A program made the translations under genes and the position numbers. The notes under the pieces were generated by a model. It had not been told where the DNA came from. It searched no databases and worked only from the letters and a program-made list of their open reading frames with translations. A stretch of DNA of 64,000 nt from the human T2T-CHM13v2.0 reference genome, Homo sapiens. Positions 1 through 12,985 of the stretch are shown here, one piece after another (positions within the stretch are counted from its first letter, which is position 1; every line of letters starts with the position of its first letter). The DNA lies in assembly GCF_009914755.1 (NCBI RefSeq), contig NC_060926.1; one strand, 5' to 3'.

Positions 1-104
1 CAAGCTTAGGTTTAGGTGTTTTACTTGGAAGGGAGAATCTAAGTAGATGGTCAGAAGAATTTTTAAAAATCTCTTCTGTACCTAAGTTTCTTTACTATAT
101 AGCT

Positions 105-318
105 AAGATGTATTGATCATTTACTATGTGCCAGACACCTGGTATTCACAACAGCTTTGTAAGGGTAGATTCTATTTTTGTTTCCATTGTATGGAGAAGA
201 AAATTGAAGGTCAAAGAGGTCAAACAATGTTGCCATCTTCATACCCCTTGTAAGAGGCAAGGCTGGCACTCAGACCCGTGTTTATCTAATCATAGAGCTT
301 GAACTCTTAACCACTATC
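105..318 (-). mobile_element. MIR SINE (degenerate)
   Basis: Reverse complement of MIR landmarks: ctcttaaccactat, gaaaattgaaggtcaaagaggtcaaac, tttactatgtgccagac. Boundaries approximate. Confidence 0.7.
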
Positions 319-754
319 AGGGACTACATAAGTACTTCATTGTAGAATTTTTTATTATTGAAAGGAATTCTCTAGAACCAGAAAAAGGTCATACCTTCTA
401 TATAGCTTATCTTTCAGGATATGGAAGTAGATCTAAAGAAACGTTCTGGTTTTGCCATTGGGTACTCTATTTTACTACTTATTCTTTCATATGGTCAAAT
501 GAAGAGTCACATCTTAACAATGTTGATTTAGCAGGTTAAATTATATCCATTAATTTTCATCATAGATAGGTCTCCTTAATTGACTCTTTGGGACTAAAAT
601 ATTTATATCCTCTGCATCATTGTTCTAGTTTTAAGTACAGGTAATGTTGACCAATAACCTGTTTTAATAGGTAAAAAACTGTACATAATCTTTTTGAGGT
701 GTTTTTTAGGATTATTTCTTGCTACCTGGGATACTTACAGAAATGTAGAACTGA

Positions 755-1152
<398 letters not shown>

Positions 1153-1759
1153 TTAAATCTTAAGTTGGAGTTCCACTTCTGGTTCTTTTCTTTCCCTTTA
1201 CACAATGATACCTCTTTTGTCTGTCAGTCCATTGCTGTACCTTTTAAAACCTGGGTTAAAGCTTGTATCATTAAGGAAACTTAACCTTGTTAATAATATT
1301 GTGTGCTCTGCTCGTTTACATTTTATATCCAGTTAACACAAAAGCATTTTAAAGCAAAGGAATGTTTTAGGAAAATTCATCTGTGCAATGTATTTAAGTA
1401 CATGGAGAGAATGTCAGCAACTTAGAATTTCTTTGTGAATTTGTTTTAACCTGTCACATTCGTATATGCAAATAATAATTGTAGTAACATCTCCACAAAT
1501 AGTCATGCCATTTTCAAAAATATATAAGCCTTGTAAATTTTGAAGTAAAAGGGAAGGTCTTCAAAGTGAAACATTTCTATGATGTTGCCATGAAACCGTG
1601 GGATTTTTTTTCTTGTTTTTTTCTTTTACCTCATTCAGTAATGCAGTTTTATCTACTACCCACTTTTGAAGTTTGGCAGTATTAATAATAAATAATGCTG
1701 TAGTTTTACTTGAATGGAAATTTTTTAATTTTTATCTGATCAAGTTTCCCACGTTTGAC

Positions 1760-2550
1760 TTTTTTTTATTTTTAGTTGACACATAATAATCATATTCATT
1801 AGTGGAATACAGAATGAATGATAGTCCCATACAATGTGTAATGATCAAATCAGGCTAATTAGCATATCCATCACTGAAAACATTTATCATTTCTTTGTAT
1901 TGTGAGCATTCAAAATCTTCTCTTAAAGCTTTCTGAAAATACGCAATAAGTTACTGTTAACCATATTTACCCTAAAGTGCTATAGAACACTAGAAGTCAT
2001 TCCTCCTATCTGATCGTAATTTTGTATCCGTTAACTAACCTCCTGCTATCCTCTCTCACCCCACCCACTGCTGTTTCTTCCCCGGCTACCCCACCACCCT
2101 TCTCAACCTCGAATAACCACAGTTCTACCTTCTACTTCTATGAGCTCATTTTTTTTAAGCTTACACATGTGAGTGAGAACATGTGATATTTATCTTGTTA
2201 TGCCTGACTTATTTCACTTAATGTCCCCCAGACTCATCCATGTTGCCAGGAATGACAGTATTTCATTTTTTTTTAATGGCTGAATAGTATTCTGTTGTGT
2301 ATATGTACCACATTTTCTTTATCCATTCATCTGTTGATGGACACTTAGATTGAGTCCATATCTTGACTATTGTGAATGGTGCTGCAGTAAACATGGGGTA
2401 CACATATCTCTTGAATATACTGATTGTCCTTTCTTTGGGTAAATACCCAGTAGTGGAATTGCTGGATTATATGGTAGTTTCATTTTTAGATTTTTGAGAA
2501 ACTTCATACTGTTTTCCATAATGGCTATATTAATTTATATTCCCATCACC
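1760..2550 (-). mobile_element. L1MA-type LINE 3' end
   Basis: T-rich start; L1 3'UTR antisense motifs (ttatccattcatctgttgatggacacttag, ggaattgctggattatatggtag). Confidence 0.85.
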
Positions 2551-2891
2551 ATGTTAGACTATTACACAGAATTTCAGAAATTATAGTCATTTTGCTTTAT
2601 TGATCTAAATTACGTAATAAAGGTAAGTTGCTTCTGATCAGGCTTATTCTTCTGGGATTAGGTCCTTTCCTTTCCCTTATCTTTCTCTTCATGAAATTGT
2701 AGAAGAACCAATGAATAAAAATTACATATTCTCTATTCAGTCTTTTCAAACCCCTCTACCCTTCTGTTACCATTTGCCTAACAGTGTTTTCCTGCTTCAG
2801 AGTATGGAAATAAAAAGTCATGACCTGCAATAATAAGAACCATTTTGGAATCCATAGTAGACTCCATGATGAAACTGAACAAAACTGAAAC

Positions 2892-3711
2892 CAAGCCTGG
2901 GCAACATGGCAAAACCGTATCTCTACAAAAAATCAGCCAGGTTTGGTCATGCGTGCCTCTAGTACCAGGGTTACTTTTAGGAATGCCTTGAGTAAGTTGT
3001 CCAGGTCGTTGGCATTTTGAACAAAGAATTGAACAAAACCCTCAAAGTAACAAAGGAACAAAATACATGAACGAAGCAGCGACAGCAGGGATTTATTAAA
3101 GTGAGAAAGTGCTCCGCAGGGTGGAATTGGGCCCGAGCAAGCGGCTCAAGGGCCTGGTTACAAAGTTTTCTGGGTTTTAAGTACTCCTTTTGAGGTCCCT
3201 GTTGGCTGCCTCTCATCTGGATGAAGGATTTGGTCTTTTGCTAATTAAAGGCTGAGGTGAATAGGCACCCTATGCAGGATGTTTGCCCTTTCCATCTGAG
3301 ATGTAGTGGAAGCGAGAAGGTTGTAGGGAGAATAATAGTCTTTGATCCTTTGTTACTCCGGTGTGGGGAGATGGGGCTTTTCCTTTCAGTTTAGCTTTAA
3401 GAAGTGTGCCTTAATTGGCTTTAGGTTCCCTGCCCTAGACCCAGGTGTTTTCCCTTTGATTGAACTTTAGGAAATTGGCCTTAGATTCCCTGCCCCCAGA
3501 TCTTGGTGTTTCTCTTTTAGGAGGTTAGCACAGATTGGCCTTAGATTCCCTGCCTCCAGACCCTATTCTCCTGCCTCACCAGCTACTTGGGAGGCTGGAG
3601 TGGGAGGATCACCAGAGCCCCGAGAGGTGGAGGCTGCAACGAGCCATGATCATGCCACTGCAGTCCCGCCTGGGTAACAGAGTGAGACCCTGTCTCAAAA
3701 AAAAAATAAAA
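2892..3711 (+). mobile_element. 5'-truncated AluJ-type element split by an LTR insertion
   Basis: Alu sequence at 2892-2968 resumes at 3579 (ccagctacttgggagg) and runs to an A-tail. Confidence 0.85.
2969..3578 (-). mobile_element. ERV1 solo LTR, MER51-like
   Basis: Minus strand begins TGAGGCAGGAGAATAGGGTCTGGAGGCAGGG; 4-bp TSD ccag at 2965-2968 and 3579-3582. Subfamily from memory. Confidence 0.8.
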
Positions 3712-4213
3712 GCAGGAGACTGAAAGGAAGCCACCATTCTTTTTACTCCATGTAGATATGACAGCTCTTTTGAAAATAAGCTGAATCTTGATTACTTCTA
3801 CACTGCTAAATAAAAAACTGATTCTTAGGAATAGGGAGGAAGGGACCTGTAAAGAATTAATTATAGGTTTTGTTCCTCTGACCTAAAAATGCCTTATTGG
3901 TAAAACATCTCATCACCACCACCCACATACATACGCTCAGAAACATAGATCTGTTTTTAGATGCTGTAGTCTATTCAGATGCCTTTTTTATTTCTGTATC
4001 AGTTTACTTCTTTTTAAAATTACTTTGATTTTAGGTTATGATTTGAAATTTTAGAATATTTATTCTTTTTGCACATTTATTGTATCAGTTGAACTGAGTA
4101 TCAAAATGCCAATTTTCTACCAAGAAAAATCCTATTGAACTACTACTGAGATCTCATTGAATTTATAGGTGTTTATTAAAAAAAAAAAGAAATTGACACC
4201 TTTACAATGCTGA

Positions 4214-4556
<343 letters not shown>

Positions 4557-5429
4557 CAGGTCCTTTTTAATGTCTGACAGTAAAGTGTTTTTTTGTTTTT
4601 TGTTTTTTTTTTTCATATAATTTACATAGGATAAAACTTTACTCTTAAAATGATTAAGTATTTAATATTTTCACTAAAAACTACTGAATAACAATATTCA
4701 GCAACCATCACTGCTAGAACATTTCTATCACTCCAAAATGAAAACCCCATACCCATTAGCAATCACTGCACCATTTCCTCCTGCCTCTATCCCCTGGAAA
4801 CCCATAGTCTACTTTTCGTCTCTATGGATTTGCCTATTCTGGACATTTCATATAAATGGAATCGTACAGATTTTTTTTTTAATGTAGTCTTTTGTGTTTA
4901 CTCCTTTCACTTAGCATACTGTTTTCAAGGTTCATCCATATTGTGGCATATGTCAGTACTTCATTCCTTTTTAAGGCTGCATGGTTTTCCGTATGCATAT
5001 ACCATTTTTTAAATCCGTTCATCAGTTGATGGACATTTGGGTAGTTCTACTTTTTTACTATTAGGAATAATGTTGCTATGAACACTCAGGTACAAGTTTT
5101 TGTGTGACTTGTTTTCAGTTTTCTTGGATATATACCTAGAGTGGAATTGTTGGGTCATATGTTAACTCTGTGTTTAACTTTTTAAGAAACCTCCAAACTG
5201 TTTCCTACAGCAGCTGTATCATTTTACATTCCCACCAGCAATGTTCAGGACTTCTGATTTCCCCACATCCTCACCAACACTTGTTTTCTTTTTCTTTTTT
5301 TAAATTATAACCATCCAAGTAGTGAGTAAGATGTGCTATATCTCTTGTGGTTTTTGTTTTCCATTTCCGTATAACTAATGACATTGAGCATCATCAGCTT
5401 TTCATGTCCTTATTGGCTATTTGTATGTA

Positions 5430-6440
5430 TGTGGGCGGCAAGCCACCCAGGTGCCAAGGCAAGAGACCGAGGGCATGAGCTGTTCCACTATAATAAAATA
5501 TATAAAATAAGAATAGTTATACTAGATATAGATCATAGATGTGATTATATATGAATATCATTAATCATTAGTTTGTAGCAATTACTCTTTATTCCAATAT
5601 TATAATAATCCTCTCTCTACAATCATAACCTAGGAAAAACCAGGCCATACAGAGATAGGAGCTGAGGGGACATAGTGAGAAGTAACCAGAAGACAGAATG
5701 GGAGTCTTCTGTTATGCCTGGCCAGGGCCACCAGAGGGCTCCTTGGTCTAGCGGTAACGCCAGCATCTGCGAAGACACGCGTTGCCAAGCGGACCATGGT
5801 CTAGCGGTAGCGTCAATGCCAAGGGAAAACACCTGCTACTTAGCAGACCGGGAAGGGGAGTTTCCCTTTCCCCGGGGGAGTTTAGGGAAGACTGTACTCC
5901 TCCACCTCTTGTGGAGGGCCTGACATCCGTCAGGCCCGCCTGCAGTTATCCGGAGGCCTAACCATGTCCCTGTGATGCTGTGCTTCATTGGCCACGCTCC
6001 TGGTCCACCCACTTTCATGTTCCATCCTGTACACCTGGCTCTGCCTTTTAGATAGCAGTAGCAAAATTAGTGAAAGTACTAAAAGTCTCTGATATGCAGA
6101 AATAATGACATAAGCCTGTCTCTCTCTCTTCCTCTCTCTCTCTGCCTTGGCTGCCAGGCAGAGAAGGGCCCCCTGTCCAGTGGACACGTGACCCACGTAA
6201 CCTTACATATCATTGGAGATGAGTCACACTCTTTACCCTGCCCCTTTTGCTTTGTATCCAATAAATAACAGCGCAGCTAGACATTCGGGGCCACTACTGG
6301 TCTCCGCGAATTGGTGGTAGTGGTCCCCCGGGCCCAGCTGTCTTTTCTTTTATCTCTTTGTCTTGTGTCTTTATTTCTGCACTCTCTCATCTCCACAAAT
6401 GGGGAGAAAACCCACCGACCCTGTGGGGCTGGACCCTACA
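5430..6440 (+). mobile_element. LTR13 (ERVK group) solo LTR, 1011 bp
   Basis: TGTGGGCGGCAAGCCACCCAGG...GGACCCTACA termini; 6-bp TSD tatgta/tgtgta; AATAAA at 6260-6265. Confidence 0.88.
5728..5741 (+). promoter_or_regulatory. CTCF-like core motif within LTR13
   Basis: CCACCAGAGGGCTC closely matches the CTCF core CCASYAGRKGGCRS; LTR13 is a known carrier of primate CTCF sites. Binding is not shown by sequence. Confidence 0.6.
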
Positions 6441-6859
6441 TGTGTATATCTTTGGATAATTGTTTATTCAAATCCTTTGCCCTTTTAAAAATTTGACTTT
6501 TTGTCTTTTTATTTTTTACTTATAAGAGTTATTTTATATCTTAGTAGACTCTATCAGATATAAGATTTGCAAATATTTACCTCCATTTTATGGGTTTTCA
6601 CTTAATAATGTCCTTGGAAGCACAAAGGTTTTTAATTAGATGATGTCTAATTTAGGTTTTTTCTTTAGTTTCTTGTGCTTTTGTTGTCATATCTAAGAAT
6701 CTGTTGCTTAATTCAAGGTCATGAAGATTTATACCTATGTTTCCTTCTAAGAGTTTTATAGTCTTAGTTCTTGTATTTAGGTCTTTGGTCTATTTTGAGT
6801 ATATTTTGTATATTGTGTAAGGTAGAGGACCAAATTCATTCTTTTGTGTTCAGTGTCCT

Positions 6860-7935
6860 ATAACACAAAAAATACACATTAATTTGAGATGAATTACAGA
6901 TTTAAATATCAAAAGAAGAAAAGTAAAACCTCATTAAGATACAGAATATCTTCATAACCTTGGAGTAGTCAAAGATTTAATGAAAAAGCCACCAAAAAAG
7001 CACTAGCCATTTTTTAAAATATTAACTGGACTTTATTCAAATTAAGAACTTCTGTTCATCAAAAGATCTTATTAAGAGAGTAAAAAAAGACACACCATAA
7101 TAAACATTATTTACAACACGTATCTTTAACAAAAGATTTGTATCTAGAATACGTAAAGAACTCTATAAACCAATAGAAAAAAATGAGAAAAAGTTTTGAA
7201 CACAAACATCAAAAAAGAGGCTTTCTGAATGGTCAGTAAGTACATTAATCATCAGAAAAATAAATATTAAAACCACTACAACATACTCTGCAGACCTACT
7301 AAAATGGTTAAAATTTATAACACTGATAATACCAAGTGTTCATGGTGATGTGGAACAACTTAAACTTATACGTTGATAGTGGAAGTGTAAATTGGTACAA
7401 CTATTTTTCATACTTTCTACTAAAGCCTAATGTATATCTACCTTGTAACTCAGCAGTTCTACTCCTAGGATCTATCCAAGAGAAATAAGTGCAGATTCCC
7501 ACCACCCACCGAAGACGTGTTCATAGTACCTGTATGTATAGGAGCCCCAAACTGGAAACACCCATCAGTAGTAAAATGGGTAAATACATTTTGCTATATA
7601 CTGCAGTAGAAAAGAACAAACTAATACTACATACAACATGGATGAATCTCACAAAGACAGTACTGAGCAAAAGAAGGCAGACGCAGAAAAATATTTATTG
7701 TATGATGCCATGTAGATGTAGTTTCAAGAGCAAGTGAAACTAATCTTGGTGACAGCCCTCAGTATTGCAGTTACCTCAAGATCTGCAGGAGGTAAGTTGA
7801 ATATTTAAAAGGGATCTTTTTGCAGTGCCAGAAATGTTCTCTATCTTTATGTGGTTGGTGAGTATATGAGAGTCTACCACAGTAAAAATGCATTGAACTG
7901 TATATAAATGTTAGACATTTGCATTTTACTGGTAT
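6860..7935 (+). mobile_element. Old L1M (L1ME-like) ORF2 3' end and 3'UTR
   Basis: aattaagaacttctgttcatcaaaaga, gtgtaaattggtacaac, acatggatgaatctcaca motifs. Confidence 0.75.
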
Positions 7936-8598
7936 GCTTTAATTAAAAAAGTGAAATGCATGTATAGATATAGATTGGATGAGGTAGACATTGTATTTAA
8001 TTATCATTTATTGAAGATATTAAACTCATTAATTGAAGATAATATTTTCATTTTACTTGAGTCAATTTTAAATAAGTCCTCTATAGAGTTTTGACAAAGG
8101 AGAACCATAATTCCTTCAGTCTTTGTTAACAGACTTTAGAGATCACAAATGAGAGTCACAAGAGAGAAAGCCTGCAGGGATTGTCTGTCTTCCTCCAAAG
8201 AGGAAAATCATGGTGAATATTTTGAAAAGCTTTAAATTAAAGCAAGTGATTCTTCAAAGATTTAAGTCCTTTACCTAGCAGTAGTCTGTGACAATTGCTA
8301 CAGTGTTCCCAGTGGGAATATGGTACATTTGAGATGACAAAGACTAGGAACCACTACTCCCGAGCATTTTTTCATTGCCATTAAAATGCATTGCTTTGCC
8401 TGCTTAGTAAGGAAGTCACTGAACATTTGAGCATGTACATCTCAGTAAAATTCAATTCTACCAACATTGTAGTTGTCGGCTTAGTAAACTGAACTTTAAA
8501 GGTTTTTCTATTTTTGTGGGATTGTGAGGATCACAAACTACTAAAACAGAACAATTAACTCTGGAAACCTTTTGATGATTAACTTTATTGGGTGAGTA

Positions 8599-8933
8599 CA
8601 GTCATCCCCCTTTATCTGTGAAGGACTGGTTCCAGGATTCCACACAGGTATCAACATCTGAGGATACTTGAAGTCTCATTCAAAAATGGCTTAGTATTTG
8701 CATATAACCTAAGCATATCCTCTCATATACTTTAAAACATCTCCACATTATTTATAATATTATACCTAATACAATGTAAATGTTATATAAATAGTTGTTT
8801 TATTGTTCAGGGATTGACAAGGGAAAAAAGTGTATACATGTTCTGTACGGATGCATTTTTTTTTTCAAAATATATTCTACCTGCTTGGTTCATTTCGCAG
8901 ATGTGGAACCCACTGATATGGAAGACCGAACTG
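8599..8933 (+). mobile_element. MER2 (TcMar-Tigger) DNA transposon
   Basis: CAGT...ACTG termini with TA TSD at 8597-8598 and 8934-8935; gtatttgcatataaccta core. Confidence 0.85.
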
Positions 8934-10280
8934 TATTAATTTAAAAGTTTTTTGGATCGTCACTAAATATTTTATGATGAATGATAATGCTGATTGTTCA
9001 ACTTTAGGTTTCTGTTCACTAGTCATCAACATATATTTGAGGAATTTCTTTTTTAAAGGGACAAAGCATTATACCTATTTTACGATGTAGATAGGTAATA
9101 TAGGTAGGTAGATTAACCCTTAATAACACATGAGAAGCATCTTTGACTAGCCCTAGTTGGGTAAAGAAAGGTTGAGTCGAAAGTAAATAATAACTCCCTT
9201 GGAACAGAGCAGGGAACCATCAGGAAGCATCAGGGTCTATGTAGCTTCAGATGAATGCAAAGGGCTCTTCTTTGAAGAATGTACCTTCTTCAATCTCTGC
9301 CACAGATATTGTGCGACTGGAATCACTATGAGGTGCTCTTCAAGTGTTAGTTCACAGCTAAGTGCTTCTCTGGCTTTGGCTACTCCTTAGGAAAGGAGGA
9401 GAGGATATGGGTATTTATGACCGTCTCAGTCCAGGGCCCTTACTGCTTTTGTCTTTTGGCTTTTACTTCTGCTAGTGCACCTTCCTGTGTGTCCTCAATT
9501 TGTTTTGCTCCAGAAAGGAGAGTATTCTGTTCTGCCTTCTAGAGAGTCTCAGTTGGATACTACCTTCTTTTCTTTTTAATATGTCTGATTCTTACTAGGA
9601 TAAGCAAATAGTATTATTGCAATACAGTTAGTGGGAAAAACTGTTGTAAGATTGTTACAAGATAAAGGAAACAAATGTCAGGGAATATTCATGCACATAA
9701 GAGTTATTAAACTAGTTGGCACTCCTAGCAATCATAAAAGAGATGTGTCTTTGCTGATTCTTAAGAACTCATTGAAAACCACTTCAATTAAGTAACCTAT
9801 TAGAATGATAGCTGAAATATCTATGAAAGACATAGGGAGTTCCTTCATATAACCTAAAAGTGGTGCAAACAGAACAAATACTTGAAATAATATGTATTTT
9901 AAGTCAAATCAAAGTAAGAACAGACAGCATGGAAACACACCGCTAATTAATGAAAGAACTGTTTGTAAAATAACAAAACTTATACCTTAGAATTAGGTTA
10001 TGGCTACACACAGTGACAATGAAACACAGTAAAGAAATAATAGGGATGAAACTCAGCATTACTCATCAGTAATGATTTGAAACAACTGTAATTGTTAACC
10101 AGTACAGTTTTGACACAGGACTTAATAAGATCTATCCACTATTTATCCTGCAGATGTCCAATATTCTTTAAGTTTTGTATTCATATGTGAACATTTGGGA
10201 AATACACTCCAAGGTCATAAGTATTTTCGATGAAAACTTTTGGTGTCTTTGTTATACCACGTTACATTTTTCTTTTTTGA

Positions 10281-10397
<117 letters not shown>

Positions 10398-11480
10398 ACC
10401 CACACTGGAGCGATATTGTTGGCAAAACTTAATCATGATTGTTTTGTAATAACAAGAAGGAGCATCACTGTCTACTCAGAAGACTGAGAAACCTGCTGTT
10501 CATTATGTAGTTCAGATATTTATCACAATCATCCTCATTATGGAAGACCTTTTAAAGCATTGTTTTAGAATGTCTGAGTATTAAGATACAGATTAATTGG
10601 GAATATCTGAGTATTAAGTACTTTCTTCAGAGTATAAGATGTTTACCTCATCTTTTTACTTTTGTGTGTGTAGTTCTTTCAAGTTGTAGGAAACATTTTA
10701 ATGGAATTTAAACTCAAAAACTTGAATACAGGACAATGCTTGCCTTTTCATGTATGTACTACATTTTTTGCTAAGAAATACTGATATTTCTGTTTAGTTG
10801 AGCTAGAAATACTTCTTATTTATACATTTAGGAAAGCAAATAATGCCTACTACTCCGACTTTTATAGAAGCTACTTTTAAATCAGAATATTTAATTTTTG
10901 ATATTCATATAATTAATAGAAGTTGCATTTATATTTTTTATGGGGCATAGTTCCTTATGTGTTTTTTTAATGTATTTTCATACTACATACTGAATTTGTA
11001 TGTTTTTAAAATTGTTACATCTAGACAACTGTAAACATTATTTTTTTAGCTAGTGCAAACCTAGTACCTGCCATTTTTACTAATTTTTGTCTTTAAAAAA
11101 AGCAAAAAAGCACATTGACCTAAGTTGAAAATTAAGTAAGTTTATTTTTAACAAAAAATGCCTGAAAAAAGCTAAATTATTTAAGTCATTAAGATATTGA
11201 GAAAAAATTTGAAATTTTTACTATTTCTGTTTCCACAATTCCAAATATTTATCTTGGTGTATATATTGTTACTTTAACAGAACTTGCATTATTTTGTTTT
11301 TAATAAATATAAACATGAAATTTTTGTATGTGAGAATGATTGAACTAGTTTGTTCTTAATCTCAAAAATTTAGTTACCAAAGTAGAAAAGGTATTTTGAT
11401 ACTAGATATTAAAAACTACATATAGTTAATATAATTTTATAATTTTTGTAATTAAATGTGCTCCTGTAATTGTGATATTT
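10398..11480 (+). other. ARL6IP6: ARL6IP6 3'UTR (3' end approximate)
   Basis: Repeat-free AT-rich stretch after the stop codon, ending in clustered poly(A) hexamers. Confidence 0.7.
11302..11456 (+). terminator. Candidate polyadenylation signals
   Basis: AATAAA 11302-11307, ATTAAA 11408-11413 and 11451-11456; U/GU-rich sequence lies downstream of the first and the last. Confidence 0.6.
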
Positions 11481-11806
11481 TGTTTTCTAAGTAATTAAGC
11501 CTTAATTTTTCCCCTATGTTACTAAAGACTTTTAATGTTTAGAAAGTTACCTCAGTTTTAGAAAGATGGACTACTTACAAAGCTGTTTTCCCTGGCCATA
11601 GGAAAACTTACAATAAGAAACCATTAAGTAGTCAAACTGCTTATTCAGGCTAAGTGGGAAATGAATTTGTGCAGTGTGTTCCCTTAATTATCTACTGAAT
11701 GTTGTTACCGACTAAACAAGGTTTCTAAAAGTCTCGCATTTCTTTTACTATTCAAAACTCTTTGGTTGGAAATGACTAATACTGCTCCAATTTAAATTAT
11801 CTGAAA

Positions 11807-11824
11807 TGTGTGTGTGTGTGTGTG
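11807..11824. repeat. (TG)9 microsatellite
   Basis: Direct read. Confidence 0.9.
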
Positions 11825-12115
11825 TATCTAAATATCAATCCCATGGCTTAAGTATTCCTACCAGAGTGGTGGTTGCCATCAGTCTATTTTCACTCCCTGC
11901 CTTCCTTCCTGCACGCTTAAACTCTTCACCCTTTGACTCCAAAGAGCCCTTTCATTGCAAAGATGTACACAAGTAACAGAATCAATTTATCTTCTCTCCA
12001 CCACTCTGTATTCCCACGCACCACCAATGTGAGTAACTCCCTCCAGATTGTTTGTGTCTAATGACTAGGAAAGTTATTAACAGTAGACCCTAGATAGAGA
12101 TATGTACACCCTAGA

Positions 12116-12455
12116 CAGTCATGTGCCATATAACAACGTTTTGGTCACAACGAACTGTACTTATGATAGTGAATCCCCCCGTAAGATTATACTGCTGCAT
12201 TTTTTACTTTACTTTTTCTCTGTTTAGATACACAAATATTTACCATTGTGTTACAGTTGCCTGCAATATTCAGTACAGTAACATGCAGTACAGGTTTATA
12301 GTCTAGGAGCAATAAGCTATACCATATAGCCTAGGTGTGTAGTAGGCTATACCATCTAGGTTTGTGTAAGTATACTCTGATGTTCACACAATGATGAAAT
12401 TGCCTAATGACGCTTTTCTCAGAATATATCCTTGTCATTAAGCCAAACATGACTA
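12116..12455 (+). mobile_element. Tigger3a/MER7A-like DNA transposon
   Basis: CAGTCATG...CATGACT terminal inverted repeats; characteristic ctataccatatagcctaggtgtgtagtaggctatacc. Confidence 0.85.
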
Positions 12456-12519
12456 TATATACCTACAAGATATATATTAATATAGATAAATATAGAGAGA
12501 GATGTATCCGTAAGATATT

Positions 12520-12985
12520 TTTGTGGAATCCTAATTCTTCTGGACTGTTACTCCCCTTTTTTGGGAAATGACCCTCCTCTCTCCAGTCTGACACAGGGTC
12601 CAAATATAAATCATCTATATGCAGAATGATTAGGCAAGGATAGTCACCTAACTCTGGCTGAGCTAATCCTAATCTCATTTTGCCTGGCTACAATGAGTAG
12701 AATAGAGAAATGACTTCAGTGAAGTATGTCTCTTCCCAGGATTTTTCAGCTTGAAATTAAGATGTGACGAAGCTGGGAAAATGCAAGCCCAGGAAATGCT
12801 GGCAGCTGTAGTTCAGCCAGGCTCAGTGGGAAAGAATAAGGCTGATAACGGATATTGCTAATGGCGTTACCCTGGTCCCTGAAGCCCAGTGGCAATCCTG
12901 CCATTCTTGATACGTGAGTCAATAAATTTCTGTCTTTTGGCCTTTGCAGTTTACATTGGCTTTTGTCATTTGCAACAAAACAAGT
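12520..12985 (+). mobile_element. Old ERVL-class LTR (LTR16/LTR33-like)
   Basis: 3' end gtcaataaatttc...ttttgtcatttgcaacaaaa typical of this group; highly diverged. Confidence 0.45.

Larger units (their letters stand above)
4590..6850 (-). mobile_element. L1MB-type LINE 3' region, interrupted by LTR13
   Basis: Antisense L1 motifs (ggatttgcctattctggacatttcatataaatgga, cattcccaccagcaatg) continue on both sides of the LTR. Confidence 0.8.
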
